NCBI GenBank assembly: GCA_964455555.1
Contig: CAYVXV010000002.1
Location: 3,136 to 67,135, forward strand
Reading direction: 5' to 3'
Length of the DNA: 64,000 bases
DNA from: an uncultured Pseudomonadales bacterium
GTDB lineage: Bacteria > Patescibacteriota > Microgenomatia > UBA1400 > PJMF01
Part shown: piece by piece, positions 1 through 9,688 of the stretch
Layout: each line of letters starts with the position of its first letter
Position numbering within the stretch: the stretch's first letter is position 1
Notes under the pieces: generated by a model
Databases searched by the model: none
What the model saw: only the letters and a program-made list of their open reading frames with translations
What the model was told of the DNA's origin: nothing
Translations under genes and position numbers: made by a program

Positions 1-5
1 GTGTT

Positions 6-1235
6 GTGATAGGCAAATGGAAAATTTTTGCATTACTATTTTTGCTAACAACGAGCCTTGTTGGAGTGTTCGCTTGGTTTGATAGCAGCAGGAATCAACA
101 TGTTGCTCTGATTCAAACAGGCTATTGGGAGAATGTGCAAGTTTATCTTGAACTTCAAGAGGGAGAAAAGATCACTCCTATAGAAGAATACGTTAAAAAC
201 GGATGGTTCAACCAAGGCCTTTCTTTTTGGAATGTATCTGGTCCGGTAGTTATTATTAAAGATGAATCATTATGCTGCGGCGAAATTGACATAATTCAAC
301 TCGGTGGTGAGGCAGCAGGAGAAGAACTGGCTGTTATATCTCAACAGATTGACATGGGCGGTACTCCGGCAACACTCTCATTTTGGTATAAATTAAAAAC
401 AACAGAAACTTTGCCGGGGCTCGACAGCCCTGCTTTAAACGTAAAAGCAAATAATCAAATAGTCTTTTCTGCTCATGCTGCTGAAGCAACAGAACAGGTT
501 GGTGTGTATCATGAATCACACTGGCGGTTTGTAGAAGTTTCCTTGCCTCAAGATATCTCTTCACCGTTTGCACTGGAATTTTTACAGGGAAACACCGTTG
601 ATGGTTGGCACTCTACAACAGCACTAGTTGCCGGCATTTCCACTAATGCTCTGATATTGCAGCCTGAATCAAAATTAAAACTGATTACCAGGAGAGATGA
701 GGATGAGCTTTTTGCAAAAGTATTCACCGGTCCTGACTTTAGTCAAAAAAGAGATCTTAATGCAGTCGGCGAACTAATTTTGATGCCGGACGATTTTGAA
801 GGCTTAACAAAAATTGTATATTTCGCTGTCAGTAAATACGGAGCAAGTTCGGCTAGGCAGGCTATTTTTGTGAGGAAAGACTTTGAACCACCGGCTAAGC
901 CGGTTATCAGTGGCATTATCAAGGGAGCGGATCATAAAAAAGCCGTGGTGTTTCCGGTCCCCGCAGATTTAGGGGGAGGTTATACAGCAGATTATCAGGT
1001 TTATTATCAAAAAAGCGGAGAGGTAGAAGCTGCTCAAACCAATTTTTATTATTCTTACCCAAACCTGTTGGGACACCCAAATGATTTTTTTGGCATACAA
1101 CAAGTTCCGGGCAGCTTAGAGGTAATATTTATCGATGACCTGGATATATCAAGCTTGGCTATCAGGGCTGTTGACCAGGCAGGAAACATTAGTCAGTTTT
1201 CTGATTGGCTTATTCATATCGAGCCTAATGATTAG
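6..1235 (+). CDS. Secreted/surface protein with SipW-class-like signal peptide and C-terminal FnIII-like motifs
   Basis: N-terminal hydrophobic stretch followed by VFAWFDS..QTGYW; C-terminal DFEPPAKP and AIRAVDQAGNIS are typical of FnIII/Ig-like modules. Confidence 0.6.
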   Translation: MIGKWKIFALLFLLTTSLVGVFAWFDSSRNQHVALIQTGYWENVQVYLELQEGEKITPIEEYVKNGWFNQGLSFWNVSGPVVIIKDESLCCGEIDIIQLGGEAAGEELAVISQQIDMGGTPATLSFWYKLKTTETLPGLDSPALNVKANNQIVFSAHAAEATEQVGVYHESHWRFVEVSLPQDISSPFALEFLQGNTVDGWHSTTALVAGISTNALILQPESKLKLITRRDEDELFAKVFTGPDFSQKRDLNAVGELILMPDDFEGLTKIVYFAVSKYGASSARQAIFVRKDFEPPAKPVISGIIKGADHKKAVVFPVPADLGGGYTADYQVYYQKSGEVEAAQTNFYYSYPNLLGHPNDFFGIQQVPGSLEVIFIDDLDISSLAIRAVDQAGNISQFSDWLIHIEPND

Positions 1236-1280
1236 AACGCTTGCTTGTCTTAAAAAATATCGTCATAATGAGTTCTGATT

Positions 1281-2327
1281 GTGCTCGATTACATTAGAAA
1301 CTCGATTGCCCATCTTTTTCATCCGCGCCGGTCCAATAACCATCGGTCTGTTTTTTTGCATCCTGAAACGTTGTTGGCACTTGCTTTTGCCGCCCTGATA
1401 TTTGCGGGAGGTCTTAATCTCTATGAGCGCACCCGGTATGGAATGGGAAGTATTTTGGGATACGCCTCAGATATTTCTGTTGGCGATGTCATTTCGCTAA
1501 CAAACCAAGAGAGGGCGAAGTCGGGTTTAGCACCGTTGCAGGCTAACACGAGGCTGTCAGCGGCAGCACTTGCCAAAGGACAGGATATGTTCAACAACCA
1601 GTACTGGGCACATACTTCCCCCCAGGGAAGAGAGCCCTGGGACTTTATGAGAGACGCAGGATATGTCTATAGGGTTGCAGGCGAAAATTTAGCCAGGGAT
1701 TTTTCTACTACCCCCGCCATGGTCTCTGCGTGGATGGCCTCACCAACTCATAGGGCAAATATTATGAACAGCCGTTATAACGAAATTGGCATTGCGGTGA
1801 TTAATGGCACCCTGGAGGGCGTGGAAACAACATTGGTAGTTCAAATGTTTGGCTCACCTAATGCTGCTACAGCTGCTGTAACTAATGAGTCAGCAGCAAG
1901 CACAGTGCCGGCTGCACCTAAGCCGACTCCGGCGGTCGCAGCTCAAGCCACACCAACTCCGCTGTCGGATAAAACCACAAATGAAGAGCAAAATGAGGAG
2001 TTGGTGGATATTGATTCACTTAATGACGCTGATGAGGCAGTAATTAAGCCAGGATCTGAGATAGAAGTGAATCGGGGGAGTGTCCTTGCCAGAATCTTGG
2101 TTCCTATCGGCGAGATCAACCCGACCATAATATTTTCTCCGCTGCAACTGACTAAAGCGTTTTCACTAGCAATTATACTCATGCTGCTTACGGTGTTAAT
2201 CTACGACCTTTATGTTACACATCACAAAAATACGGTCAGGCTTGTTGGAAAAAATCTCGGACACATACTCTTATTTTTAACTGTAGCTTTCTTAATCTTA
2301 TTTTTCAGAGGAGGAATGGTAATTTAG
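1281..2327 (+). CDS. CAP (SCP) domain membrane protein
   Basis: LTNQER, YWAHTSP, AGENLA, AWMASPTHRANIM motifs; Ala/Pro/Thr linker; N- and C-terminal TM helices. Confidence 0.9.
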   Translation: MLDYIRNSIAHLFHPRRSNNHRSVFLHPETLLALAFAALIFAGGLNLYERTRYGMGSILGYASDISVGDVISLTNQERAKSGLAPLQANTRLSAAALAKGQDMFNNQYWAHTSPQGREPWDFMRDAGYVYRVAGENLARDFSTTPAMVSAWMASPTHRANIMNSRYNEIGIAVINGTLEGVETTLVVQMFGSPNAATAAVTNESAASTVPAAPKPTPAVAAQATPTPLSDKTTNEEQNEELVDIDSLNDADEAVIKPGSEIEVNRGSVLARILVPIGEINPTIIFSPLQLTKAFSLAIILMLLTVLIYDLYVTHHKNTVRLVGKNLGHILLFLTVAFLILFFRGGMVI

Positions 2328-2328
2328 C

Positions 2329-2586
2329 ATGAGAAAAGAATTTCTTACACATGCCTTAGCTTACTCAGTATTACTTGGTGGTTTGGTACTGATTATTTTT
2401 GGGTTCATGACTGTTTGGCCAAACCGCATTGCTCAGCGATATCTAATAATGATATTGGCTGCTTTTTATTTCATGTGGGGGGTGATAGCACATGTTAAAA
2501 CTGATCATCTTAGCGGCAGAGTTTTGGCTGAATACCTGATTGTTTCTGTTTTGGCTGCCCTCCTTTTGAGCATCGTGACCTTTTAA
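2329..2586 (+). CDS. Small membrane protein (about 3 TM)
   Basis: 85 aa, three hydrophobic segments, starts 1 nt after the previous stop. Confidence 0.7.
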   Translation: MRKEFLTHALAYSVLLGGLVLIIFGFMTVWPNRIAQRYLIMILAAFYFMWGVIAHVKTDHLSGRVLAEYLIVSVLAALLLSIVTF

Positions 2587-2637
2587 AAGTGCCATGTTAG
2601 ACTATCTGGGTATCAAGGTATATACAGAGGAGAAGAT

Positions 2638-3396
2638 ATGAAGGGAATAATACTTGCAGGCGGAGCCGGCTCAAGACTGCACCCTTTAACCAAAGTCACC
2701 AGTAAACAGCTGTTGCCAATTTACAACAAGCCAATGATTTATTTTCCTCTTCAGACACTGCTCAAAGCTGGTATTAAAGAGATTCTTATTATTGTAGCCC
2801 CTGATCACGCGGGCGACTTTCTCAAGTTGTTGGGAAGCGGTAACGAATTCAATTGTAAATTCACCTATGAAGTTCAAGACAAGCCTGAGGGAATTGCTCA
2901 AGCATTTTTAATTGGAGAAAATTTTATTGACGACGACGACGTGACCCTAATTCTTGGCGATAATATCTTTGAGGATGATTTTGTTGATGATATAAAGAAT
3001 TTTAAAACAGGTGGCAGAGTTTTTGCCAAAGAGGTTTCTGATCCGGAGCGCTTTGGTGTGGTTGAGTTTGACGAACAAAAGCGTGCTATTTCCATTGAGG
3101 AGAAACCCGGACAGCCAAAGTCCAATTATGCTGTAACTGGCATGTATATTTACGATAATACTGTAGTTGAAAAAGCTAAATCTCTGCAACCATCTGCCAG
3201 AGGTGAGTATGAGATATCAGACCTTAATAACCTCTATTTGAAAGAAGGTACTTTGGATGTGGCTTTTGTAGCAGGGCGCTGGCTTGATACAGGCACCTTT
3301 GAATCACTGTATGAGGCAATTGAGATGATGAGGGCTAAAGAATTAGCGCTGAAGGATCAAGTAGAAGATCCATTGGAGCAGCAAACGCTATTGTGA
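2638..3396 (+). CDS. rmlA: Glucose-1-phosphate thymidylyltransferase (RmlA/SpsI-like)
   Basis: [51 protein letters not shown]. Confidence 0.92.
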   Translation: MKGIILAGGAGSRLHPLTKVTSKQLLPIYNKPMIYFPLQTLLKAGIKEILIIVAPDHAGDFLKLLGSGNEFNCKFTYEVQDKPEGIAQAFLIGENFIDDDDVTLILGDNIFEDDFVDDIKNFKTGGRVFAKEVSDPERFGVVEFDEQKRAISIEEKPGQPKSNYAVTGMYIYDNTVVEKAKSLQPSARGEYEISDLNNLYLKEGTLDVAFVAGRWLDTGTFESLYEAIEMMRAKELALKDQVEDPLEQQTLL

Positions 3397-3402
3397 GGCA
3401 CG

Positions 3403-4248
3403 ATGATGTTCATCAAAAAAACTAAAATTCTAGCAGTGCTGGGGCTTCTTGCCATTATTGTAGTAGCTCCAGGGGTAATGGCGCAGGAGACCGAAGCCCT
3501 AGCTGAACCAGAGCAGCCAACAGTTGATTCTACTGTAAATAATGACGGGCTAATTAAACTAAGGGCTGACTACAGGCTTCAAATTGAAAGCTATCGGCAG
3601 GCAGAGCGTGAATTTGCCATTGCCAAGGATCAATACAAACGCCTGCAAACACTTCGGCTTCTTGAGGAGGCAGTTAAATCAACTCAAAAAGTTATGTTTG
3701 AACGCACAAGGGTTTTAATAACCTATCTAGAAATAGTTCATTTTACCCTCCAAAATACTCAGGGAATTAATCTGGACCACAAGGCTGCAGCCATCAAAGA
3801 GCTTGAAGACCAAATAAACACCCTCAGATCTCATTTGGAACTAATTGAGCAGTCAGTTAGCCGGGAAGATGTTGCCGCTAGAGCCGTTGAATTTGAGGAA
3901 CTGAACGTGAGAATAGAATCAACAGCTTACAGAGGCATGTCGCTGATAGCCATCGGTGACCTGCAGACCATAAATGACAAAGCCAGGCTTATTTTTGCTG
4001 ATTTAAAAGGCTCACAATCAGAAGATGAAGTAAGTGAGCTGACAAAAGCATCACGCCAGCGTGCTTATGTTGAAACAGAGAGGATTTTAGACAACAACTC
4101 AGTCTTGCTCAGAGAAATAAACGAGGCCTATGGCAGGCAAAGCAATCCGCGCAAGTCCTACTATGATGGTTTGGTAAACAAGCTGGAACCGGTTTACACT
4201 GGCCTTTCTCAGGGTGTTTCATATTTATACGAACTACTAAAGCTTTGA
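3403..4248 (+). CDS. Secreted helical/coiled-coil hypothetical protein
   Basis: Signal peptide ending VMA-QE; helical heptad-like body. Confidence 0.7.
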   Translation: MMFIKKTKILAVLGLLAIIVVAPGVMAQETEALAEPEQPTVDSTVNNDGLIKLRADYRLQIESYRQAEREFAIAKDQYKRLQTLRLLEEAVKSTQKVMFERTRVLITYLEIVHFTLQNTQGINLDHKAAAIKELEDQINTLRSHLELIEQSVSREDVAARAVEFEELNVRIESTAYRGMSLIAIGDLQTINDKARLIFADLKGSQSEDEVSELTKASRQRAYVETERILDNNSVLLREINEAYGRQSNPRKSYYDGLVNKLEPVYTGLSQGVSYLYELLKL

Positions 4249-4622
4249 CTATGTCCGAAGAACTATTTGATACCAACCAAACAGAATTTTCTTCTCAACA
4301 ACCCATCTTGGATCGAGATTATGAACCAGTGTTTGACGAAAAGCCAAAAGAGAGCCGTCCTTGGTACAAGCAAACACTTATCATTGCTGTAATTGCAGGA
4401 GGATTTTTGATTCTGATTTTATTAGTTTTGTTAATGATGCCAGTTAAGCAAGATAAAACTACCGAGCAACCGGATGAGCAGCTGCCAATCGGAGAAGTGG
4501 ATCAAAGCGACCCAATGGTTCAGCGACTTAACCGTCTCAGAACTGACCTCAATAATGCCGACCCCACTAAAAGCGACTTAGTTTTTCCTTTAGTAGACAT
4601 GAAATTAAAGCTGGATGATTAG
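4245..4622 (+). CDS. Single-TM hypothetical protein
   Basis: One central TM helix with acidic flanks; operon-like overlap with neighbours (start may be ATG 4251). Confidence 0.65.
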   Translation: MTMSEELFDTNQTEFSSQQPILDRDYEPVFDEKPKESRPWYKQTLIIAVIAGGFLILILLVLLMMPVKQDKTTEQPDEQLPIGEVDQSDPMVQRLNRLRTDLNNADPTKSDLVFPLVDMKLKLDD

Positions 4623-5097
4623 CACCACAGTGTTATTGAAATATCTGCTTCTTGCTCTACTTTTCTCAGGCTCTCTGATAATATTTTTTTTGGCAAAAGC
4701 GAAAGCCAGGGATGGAGAATTTTATACCGATGTTCCCCGGCCACTGTTGACGCTGGGGATTTTTATTTGGGGTGATGCCCTTGTAATCGCACCATTTTGG
4801 TTGTTGAGCTCAGTTTTTCTCTTTGTTTTTCAGGCAGACGTTCTCAACATCTTAAGGTACACCCTGTTATTCTGGATGATTAGGTCTTTTTATGAGGTTG
4901 TTTATTGGATTAATCATCAGGTAGCCAAGAAAGAATACAAGCCGCCATTATTTCGCCAGATTTCTTGGTTAGGTTCAGATGAACAGGGAATTTTATATCA
5001 ACTAATGAACACTTGTCAGTTGATATTGTTTGCAGCCATATTAGCTGCAACTTGGATTTCGCCTTTTAAGGACTACTTCCTGCTTTTGCAGTTTTAA
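4615..5097 (+). CDS. Hypothetical membrane protein (about 4 TM)
   Basis: 160 aa hydrophobic ORF overlapping the previous stop. Confidence 0.65.
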   Translation: MISTTVLLKYLLLALLFSGSLIIFFLAKAKARDGEFYTDVPRPLLTLGIFIWGDALVIAPFWLLSSVFLFVFQADVLNILRYTLLFWMIRSFYEVVYWINHQVAKKEYKPPLFRQISWLGSDEQGILYQLMNTCQLILFAAILAATWISPFKDYFLLLQF

Positions 5098-5890
5098 TTA
5101 TTAAGCTGACTGCAAATAATAAACCGCTTAATACTGCTATAGTGGCGCCTGACGGCGTATCCAGCAAAGCTGAGGCAATTATTCCGGAAATTGTTACCAA
5201 TGCAGCAGCTGCAGGAGTAGCTAAAACCAAGGTTTTTAAGGATCTGGCGTGCATGCTTACAGCACTGGCAGGTATCACTAATAACGCATTCATCAGAATT
5301 ACTCCCACCAACTTAACACCAGCAAGGATGGTAAGAGCCAGCATTACATGGTAGAGAGCTTCATACCGGCGGGTTTTTACTCCAGTTATTTTGGCGTAGA
5401 GCGGATCGATAGTGACGGCTAAAATTTTATCTTTAACAAAGTAAAGTATGAGCGCAGCCAAAATAACGAATCCCAGCAGCAGATTAACATTCTCCCAGGT
5501 TACCGAAAGTATATTTCCGAATAGAAAGGTCATTAGTTCGGGTTGATATCCTGGCAGAAATGAAAATAGCAGCACACTCAGTCCCATGGAAAAAGGTAGT
5601 AAAATGCCAAGTAGGCTATCTAGAGAGAGTTTTGAAGACTTCTGCAGATAAGGAATTAGCAGGGCTAATGATACGGCATAGAAACCTGCCACATATAGTG
5701 GTGTTACACCAAAGAATAAGCCTACGGCCACACCCGCTAGTGAGCTGTGGGCAATAGCATCACCAAAAAATGCGCCTTTTCGTAATAATGCGAAGACTCC
5801 CATCAACCCTCCTAGGATAGCAATCAAGAGGCCTGCAATTAGAGCACGCTGCATAAACGGATAGCTAAGCAGGTTTATTAAATCAAGCAT
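5066..5890 (-). CDS. znuB: Zn/Mn ABC transporter permease
   Basis: PFMQRALIAG, FFGDAIAHSSLAG, LFGNIL, VGVILMNALLVIP; likely start MLDL at 5890 (ORF track extends to 5908). Confidence 0.92.
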   Translation of the reverse strand: MLDLINLLSYPFMQRALIAGLLIAILGGLMGVFALLRKGAFFGDAIAHSSLAGVAVGLFFGVTPLYVAGFYAVSLALLIPYLQKSSKLSLDSLLGILLPFSMGLSVLLFSFLPGYQPELMTFLFGNILSVTWENVNLLLGFVILAALILYFVKDKILAVTIDPLYAKITGVKTRRYEALYHVMLALTILAGVKLVGVILMNALLVIPASAVSMHARSLKTLVLATPAAAALVTISGIIASALLDTPSGATIAVLSGLLFAVSLIIKTAKAGSSP

Positions 5891-6623
5891 GTTTGTGGTG
5901 ATGGCCATAAGGTCTCAGCTCCTCATCATATAGTTCCTGCAGGGCTTTATTGGTAAGCGCTTGTTCGGGTGAACCGGCACAGACTAGCCGGCGGTTCAGG
6001 CAGATTACTTGATCTGCATAGGACCTAACTAAGGACATTTCATGAGAGGCGATTAAAGCGGTAATATTGTTTTGTGCGACTAACTTTTTTAACAGTTTAT
6101 AGAAGGTTTTTTCTCCACCCGGGTCAACCCCTGCCTCAGGTTCATCAAGTAAAAGGAGGTTTGGAGAGTGAACAAGTGCTCTGGCTAGAAGTACCCGTTG
6201 TAGCTGGCCGCCGGAGAGTTCCCGAACCAACTTTCCTTCCAACGCTTCAGCCTGAACCTGGCTCAGCACCTCTGCAACCATTTCTCGCTGTTCTTTTCTC
6301 GAGTGGCTGCATTCTACTAAAGCAAGCAATAAAAATTCATGAACTGTGATGGGAACGTTTGTATCAACAGGAAATCTCTGAGGGAGATATCCGAATTGAT
6401 AAGAGGTGCCTTTGCCTTTTGCAGCTTTTTTCTTAATCTTAATAGTTCCGGAATGGGGAATAAGCCCAAGAATGGCTCTGAACAAAGTGGTTTTGCCGGA
6501 TCCATTTGGCCCGATTACTATAGATATAGAGTTCTCCGGCACCTCAAACGAAACCGCTTCCAGCGCTGGTGTTGGCTGATTTTCATATCTGACAGTAAGG
6601 TTTGCGACTTGTAGGGCAGGCAT
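5883..6623 (-). CDS. znuC: Zn/Mn ABC transporter ATPase
   Basis: Walker A GPNGSGKTT, LSGGQLQR, LLLLDEP, His-rich C-terminus GHHHKH. Confidence 0.93.
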   Translation of the reverse strand: MPALQVANLTVRYENQPTPALEAVSFEVPENSISIVIGPNGSGKTTLFRAILGLIPHSGTIKIKKKAAKGKGTSYQFGYLPQRFPVDTNVPITVHEFLLLALVECSHSRKEQREMVAEVLSQVQAEALEGKLVRELSGGQLQRVLLARALVHSPNLLLLDEPEAGVDPGGEKTFYKLLKKLVAQNNITALIASHEMSLVRSYADQVICLNRRLVCAGSPEQALTNKALQELYDEELRPYGHHHKHA

Positions 6624-6626
6624 GTC

Positions 6627-7529
6627 TCAGTTTCCGAGATACTTAACTATTTCCGATATATTATAGATCATCAGCTCCTCAAATGAATTTCTTCCTTCAA
6701 CTCCACCAAGTGGATCCAATACTCCAATAGTAACACCTGTGTCTGCCTGAATAGACCTGAGCTGGCTGTCGGAGAACTGGGGTTCTGCGAAAACCGCTGC
6801 AATCTGCTCTCTGGTAATAATGGACTGAAACTCTGCTAAATATTGGGGGCTGGGCAGCTGTCCTGGAAACTCCTCGAAGGTAGCCACAACTTCTAAATTA
6901 TATTCTCTGGCAAAATAAGTCCATGCATTATGGAAGGTGGCTATCTTTCTAGTGGGCAATTCGTCTGTACGAGCCTTTAGTTCAAGATTTAAGTTAATCA
7001 TTCTCTCCTCAAAATCCTGAAATTGGGTTTCATAGTAATAGCTATTATCTGGGTCGAGCCCGCTCAGCTCTTCTTTTACCTGTAAGGCCATGGCGATAGC
7101 ATTTTCCGTGCTTAGCCAATAATGTGGATTAAACTCATCCTCAAAATCAAGATCTTCATCATGGTCGTCATCTTCATCGGGAGGCAAGAGAGTGACGTAC
7201 TGGGTGGTTTCTACCACTTTCGCATCATCTGCTAGTGTGGCAACCCAATTATCAATTGAACCTCCGATTGCAAAAACCACGATGCTTTCTGAAACTTTTC
7301 TTATGGTTGTAGGGTTAGCTTCAAAAACATGAGGGCTGGCGCCGGGAGGAAGGATTAGAACAGGCTCAATCCTTTCTCCTCCTATGATCCTGACAATATC
7401 AAATAGAGGAAAAATAGTTACGCTCACCACGGGCTTATCGCTTGTCTGCTTACTTGTTGAGGATAAAAGTGCAGCAACGCTGACTGCCAACAAAAGAAAT
7501 CCGGCGAGGGATAAGAGTTTTAATTTCAT
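6627..7529 (-). CDS. znuA: Zn/Mn ABC substrate-binding protein
   Basis: PPGASPHVFE, acidic/His loop, NPHYWLS, FHNAWTYFA, LDPLGG. Confidence 0.93.
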   Translation of the reverse strand: MKLKLLSLAGFLLLAVSVAALLSSTSKQTSDKPVVSVTIFPLFDIVRIIGGERIEPVLILPPGASPHVFEANPTTIRKVSESIVVFAIGGSIDNWVATLADDAKVVETTQYVTLLPPDEDDDHDEDLDFEDEFNPHYWLSTENAIAMALQVKEELSGLDPDNSYYYETQFQDFEERMINLNLELKARTDELPTRKIATFHNAWTYFAREYNLEVVATFEEFPGQLPSPQYLAEFQSIITREQIAAVFAEPQFSDSQLRSIQADTGVTIGVLDPLGGVEGRNSFEELMIYNISEIVKYLGN

Positions 7530-7560
7530 TCGTCTGATTATAAATTAAGTGTTAAAGATA

Positions 7561-7575
7561 TGCAACTAAGTTGCA
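7561..7575. promoter_or_regulatory. Candidate Fur/Zur-family operator (7-1-7 palindrome)
   Basis: Perfect inverted repeat TGCAACT-A-AGTTGCA about 30 nt upstream of the znuA start. Confidence 0.6.
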
Positions 7576-7679
7576 ATAACTGACATGTAGCAAGCACTAA
7601 TAATAAAAAATTAGGCAACAATATTTCCAAATGAGTTGGTGCGTAATGTCTGATACAATTGTAGCTGGGAGAAAACATT

Positions 7680-8234
7680 ATGTCATATGATTTTAGCAAT
7701 TTTGAAGCTAAAGCACGCAAATCTCTGGAACACGTCAGTCAAGATTTAAATACACTAAGAACCGGCAGGGCTACAACACAAATGCTCGACACTGTGCAGG
7801 TTGAAGCATATGGCACCTATATGAAGTTGATAGAAGTGGCCTCAGTTCAAGCTCCAGACCCTAGCTTGCTTGTAGTCAGCCCTTGGGACAAAGGTCTTCT
7901 TGCCTCAGTGGAGAAAGCAATAGCCAGCTCTGGATTGAATTTAAATCCAGTTGTTGATGGTGACATCATTAGAATCGCGGTACCGGCTCTTACCGAAGAA
8001 AAAAGGATGGAAATGGTCAAGCTGCTTCATCAAAAAATAGAGTCCGGCAGGGTGATGCTACGAAATATTCGCTCCGAATTTAAAAAAGAGATTGAAGATT
8101 TTGAAGGCACTGGCGGTGTAAGTGAAGACGATATTAAGCAGCATTTAGAGACTTTAGAGAAGAAGTTTAAGGAATTTGTCTCACAGCTTGAGCAGCTCTC
8201 TGAATCAAAAGAGAAAGAGTTACTAACAATTTGA
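7680..8234 (+). CDS. frr: Ribosome recycling factor
   Basis: LRTGRA, VEAYG, SGLNLNP, PALTEEKR, RNIR, KEKELL. Confidence 0.96.
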   Translation: MSYDFSNFEAKARKSLEHVSQDLNTLRTGRATTQMLDTVQVEAYGTYMKLIEVASVQAPDPSLLVVSPWDKGLLASVEKAIASSGLNLNPVVDGDIIRIAVPALTEEKRMEMVKLLHQKIESGRVMLRNIRSEFKKEIEDFEGTGGVSEDDIKQHLETLEKKFKEFVSQLEQLSESKEKELLTI

Positions 8235-8244
8235 ACCCATCACT

Positions 8245-9387
8245 ATGTTAAGTGTTATTGTTTTTATTATCATCTTGTCATTTTTAGTCTTTATTCATGA
8301 GTTAGGCCATTTTATTGCAGCAAAATGGGCAGGTGTGGTGGTGCAGGAGTTTGGCCTTGGATATCCCCCAAAAGCTATAAAAATATTTACCTGGAGAGGA
8401 ACCGAATTTTCGCTTAATTGGATACCTTTTGGAGGCTTTGTGAGAATGGAGGGTGAAGAAGAGGATTTCGCAGTTCCGGGTGGAGAGGAAGATGTAAAGA
8501 GGGATAGAAGAAAAAAGGGCACATTTTATGGTGCTTCAGCTTTCCAAAAAATGGTAATTATTCTTTCGGGAGCGGCCACAAACTTTCTTTTCGGCATTAT
8601 AGCTTTTGCAATCACTTTTACATTGCTAGGAATCCCTCAAGCTACTGAAGAACCGCTGATTGGTGATGTCATGCCTGAAAGCCCTGCTGCCGACGCTGGT
8701 TTAGCAAGGAATTACAAGATTGACAGGATTGTTGTTGACCAGCAGGAATATAATGTGGACTCTACTGAAGAGGTTGTCGGGCTCATCGCAGATCACCGGG
8801 GTCAGCAGGTTGTTGTAGTAGCTGTTGGGCCTTGTGAAGCAGGCAATTGCCTTGATCAGGAAGAGCATTATCCTGTTTATTTAAGAACAGAAGAGGAAAC
8901 TCCGCAGGGGCAAGGTTCATTAGGCATTGTTTTTATGCCGGTGATCTTTGTTCAGTTCCCTTGGTGGGAAATGCCATTGAGAGGAATTTGGTACGGAGCT
9001 GAGCAGGCAATCTATTTAAGCCAGCTAATTTTAGTTTCTTTAGGGAACGTCTTAAAAGACTTTGTAGTTGAGAGGCAGGTGCCGAGCGACCTTGCAGGAC
9101 CTATCGGCATTGTCCACCAGGCACAATCATCTGGTTTAATGGCAGAAGGTTTTTTGGCAGTTTTGTCTTTTGCCGCTATGCTGTCTATTAATCTTGCAAT
9201 ATTTAATGTTTTGCCGATACCCCCATTAGACGGCGGCAGAGCCATTTTTATAGCCCTGGAAGAAATCTTTAGCGAAAAAACAGCTAAAACCTTGCAATAT
9301 TATCTTCAATACGGGGGGTTGATATTTTTGCTGCTTCTGATTATTTTAGTAACTGCCCAAGATATCTTTAGGATAATCAGCGGATAA
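8245..9387 (+). CDS. rseP: Site-2 protease RseP (M50) with PDZ domain
   Basis: HELGH, IPFGGFVRM, SPAADAGL, GPIGI, NVLPIPPLDGGR. Confidence 0.95.
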   Translation: MLSVIVFIIILSFLVFIHELGHFIAAKWAGVVVQEFGLGYPPKAIKIFTWRGTEFSLNWIPFGGFVRMEGEEEDFAVPGGEEDVKRDRRKKGTFYGASAFQKMVIILSGAATNFLFGIIAFAITFTLLGIPQATEEPLIGDVMPESPAADAGLARNYKIDRIVVDQQEYNVDSTEEVVGLIADHRGQQVVVVAVGPCEAGNCLDQEEHYPVYLRTEEETPQGQGSLGIVFMPVIFVQFPWWEMPLRGIWYGAEQAIYLSQLILVSLGNVLKDFVVERQVPSDLAGPIGIVHQAQSSGLMAEGFLAVLSFAAMLSINLAIFNVLPIPPLDGGRAIFIALEEIFSEKTAKTLQYYLQYGGLIFLLLLIILVTAQDIFRIISG

Positions 9388-9390
9388 TTT

Positions 9391-9648
9391 ATGGCCATTA
9401 GACGGACTAGAAAACAAAAAATTCAGGCAATAAAACTTGCACAGGAAATTTTGCCGCTAACCTTGGAGAGCAGTGAGGGAGCCAAGTCTGAATCGAAAAA
9501 GAACAGCACTGACTCTCGTAAACATATAGAAGCAATAGCGTTTACCGGCAACCAGATAGGGATGATTTACAACGACTTGATTAAAACAGTCTTGATATCT
9601 CTGATAATGGTATTATTATTAATAGGCTTTTACATTTATTTGCGATAG
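9391..9648 (+). CDS. Small hypothetical protein with C-terminal TM
   Basis: Basic N-terminus, DLIKT followed by a hydrophobic C-terminal helix. Confidence 0.65.
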   Translation: MAIRRTRKQKIQAIKLAQEILPLTLESSEGAKSESKKNSTDSRKHIEAIAFTGNQIGMIYNDLIKTVLISLIMVLLLIGFYIYLR

Positions 9649-9688
9649 GATAAACAGGCAAAACCGCCGTTAACAAGGAGTCTGCACC

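Noticed and set aside
7538-7720. 60-aa minus-strand ORF upstream of znuA
   Set aside because: It overlaps the frr start and the promoter/operator region; no coding evidence
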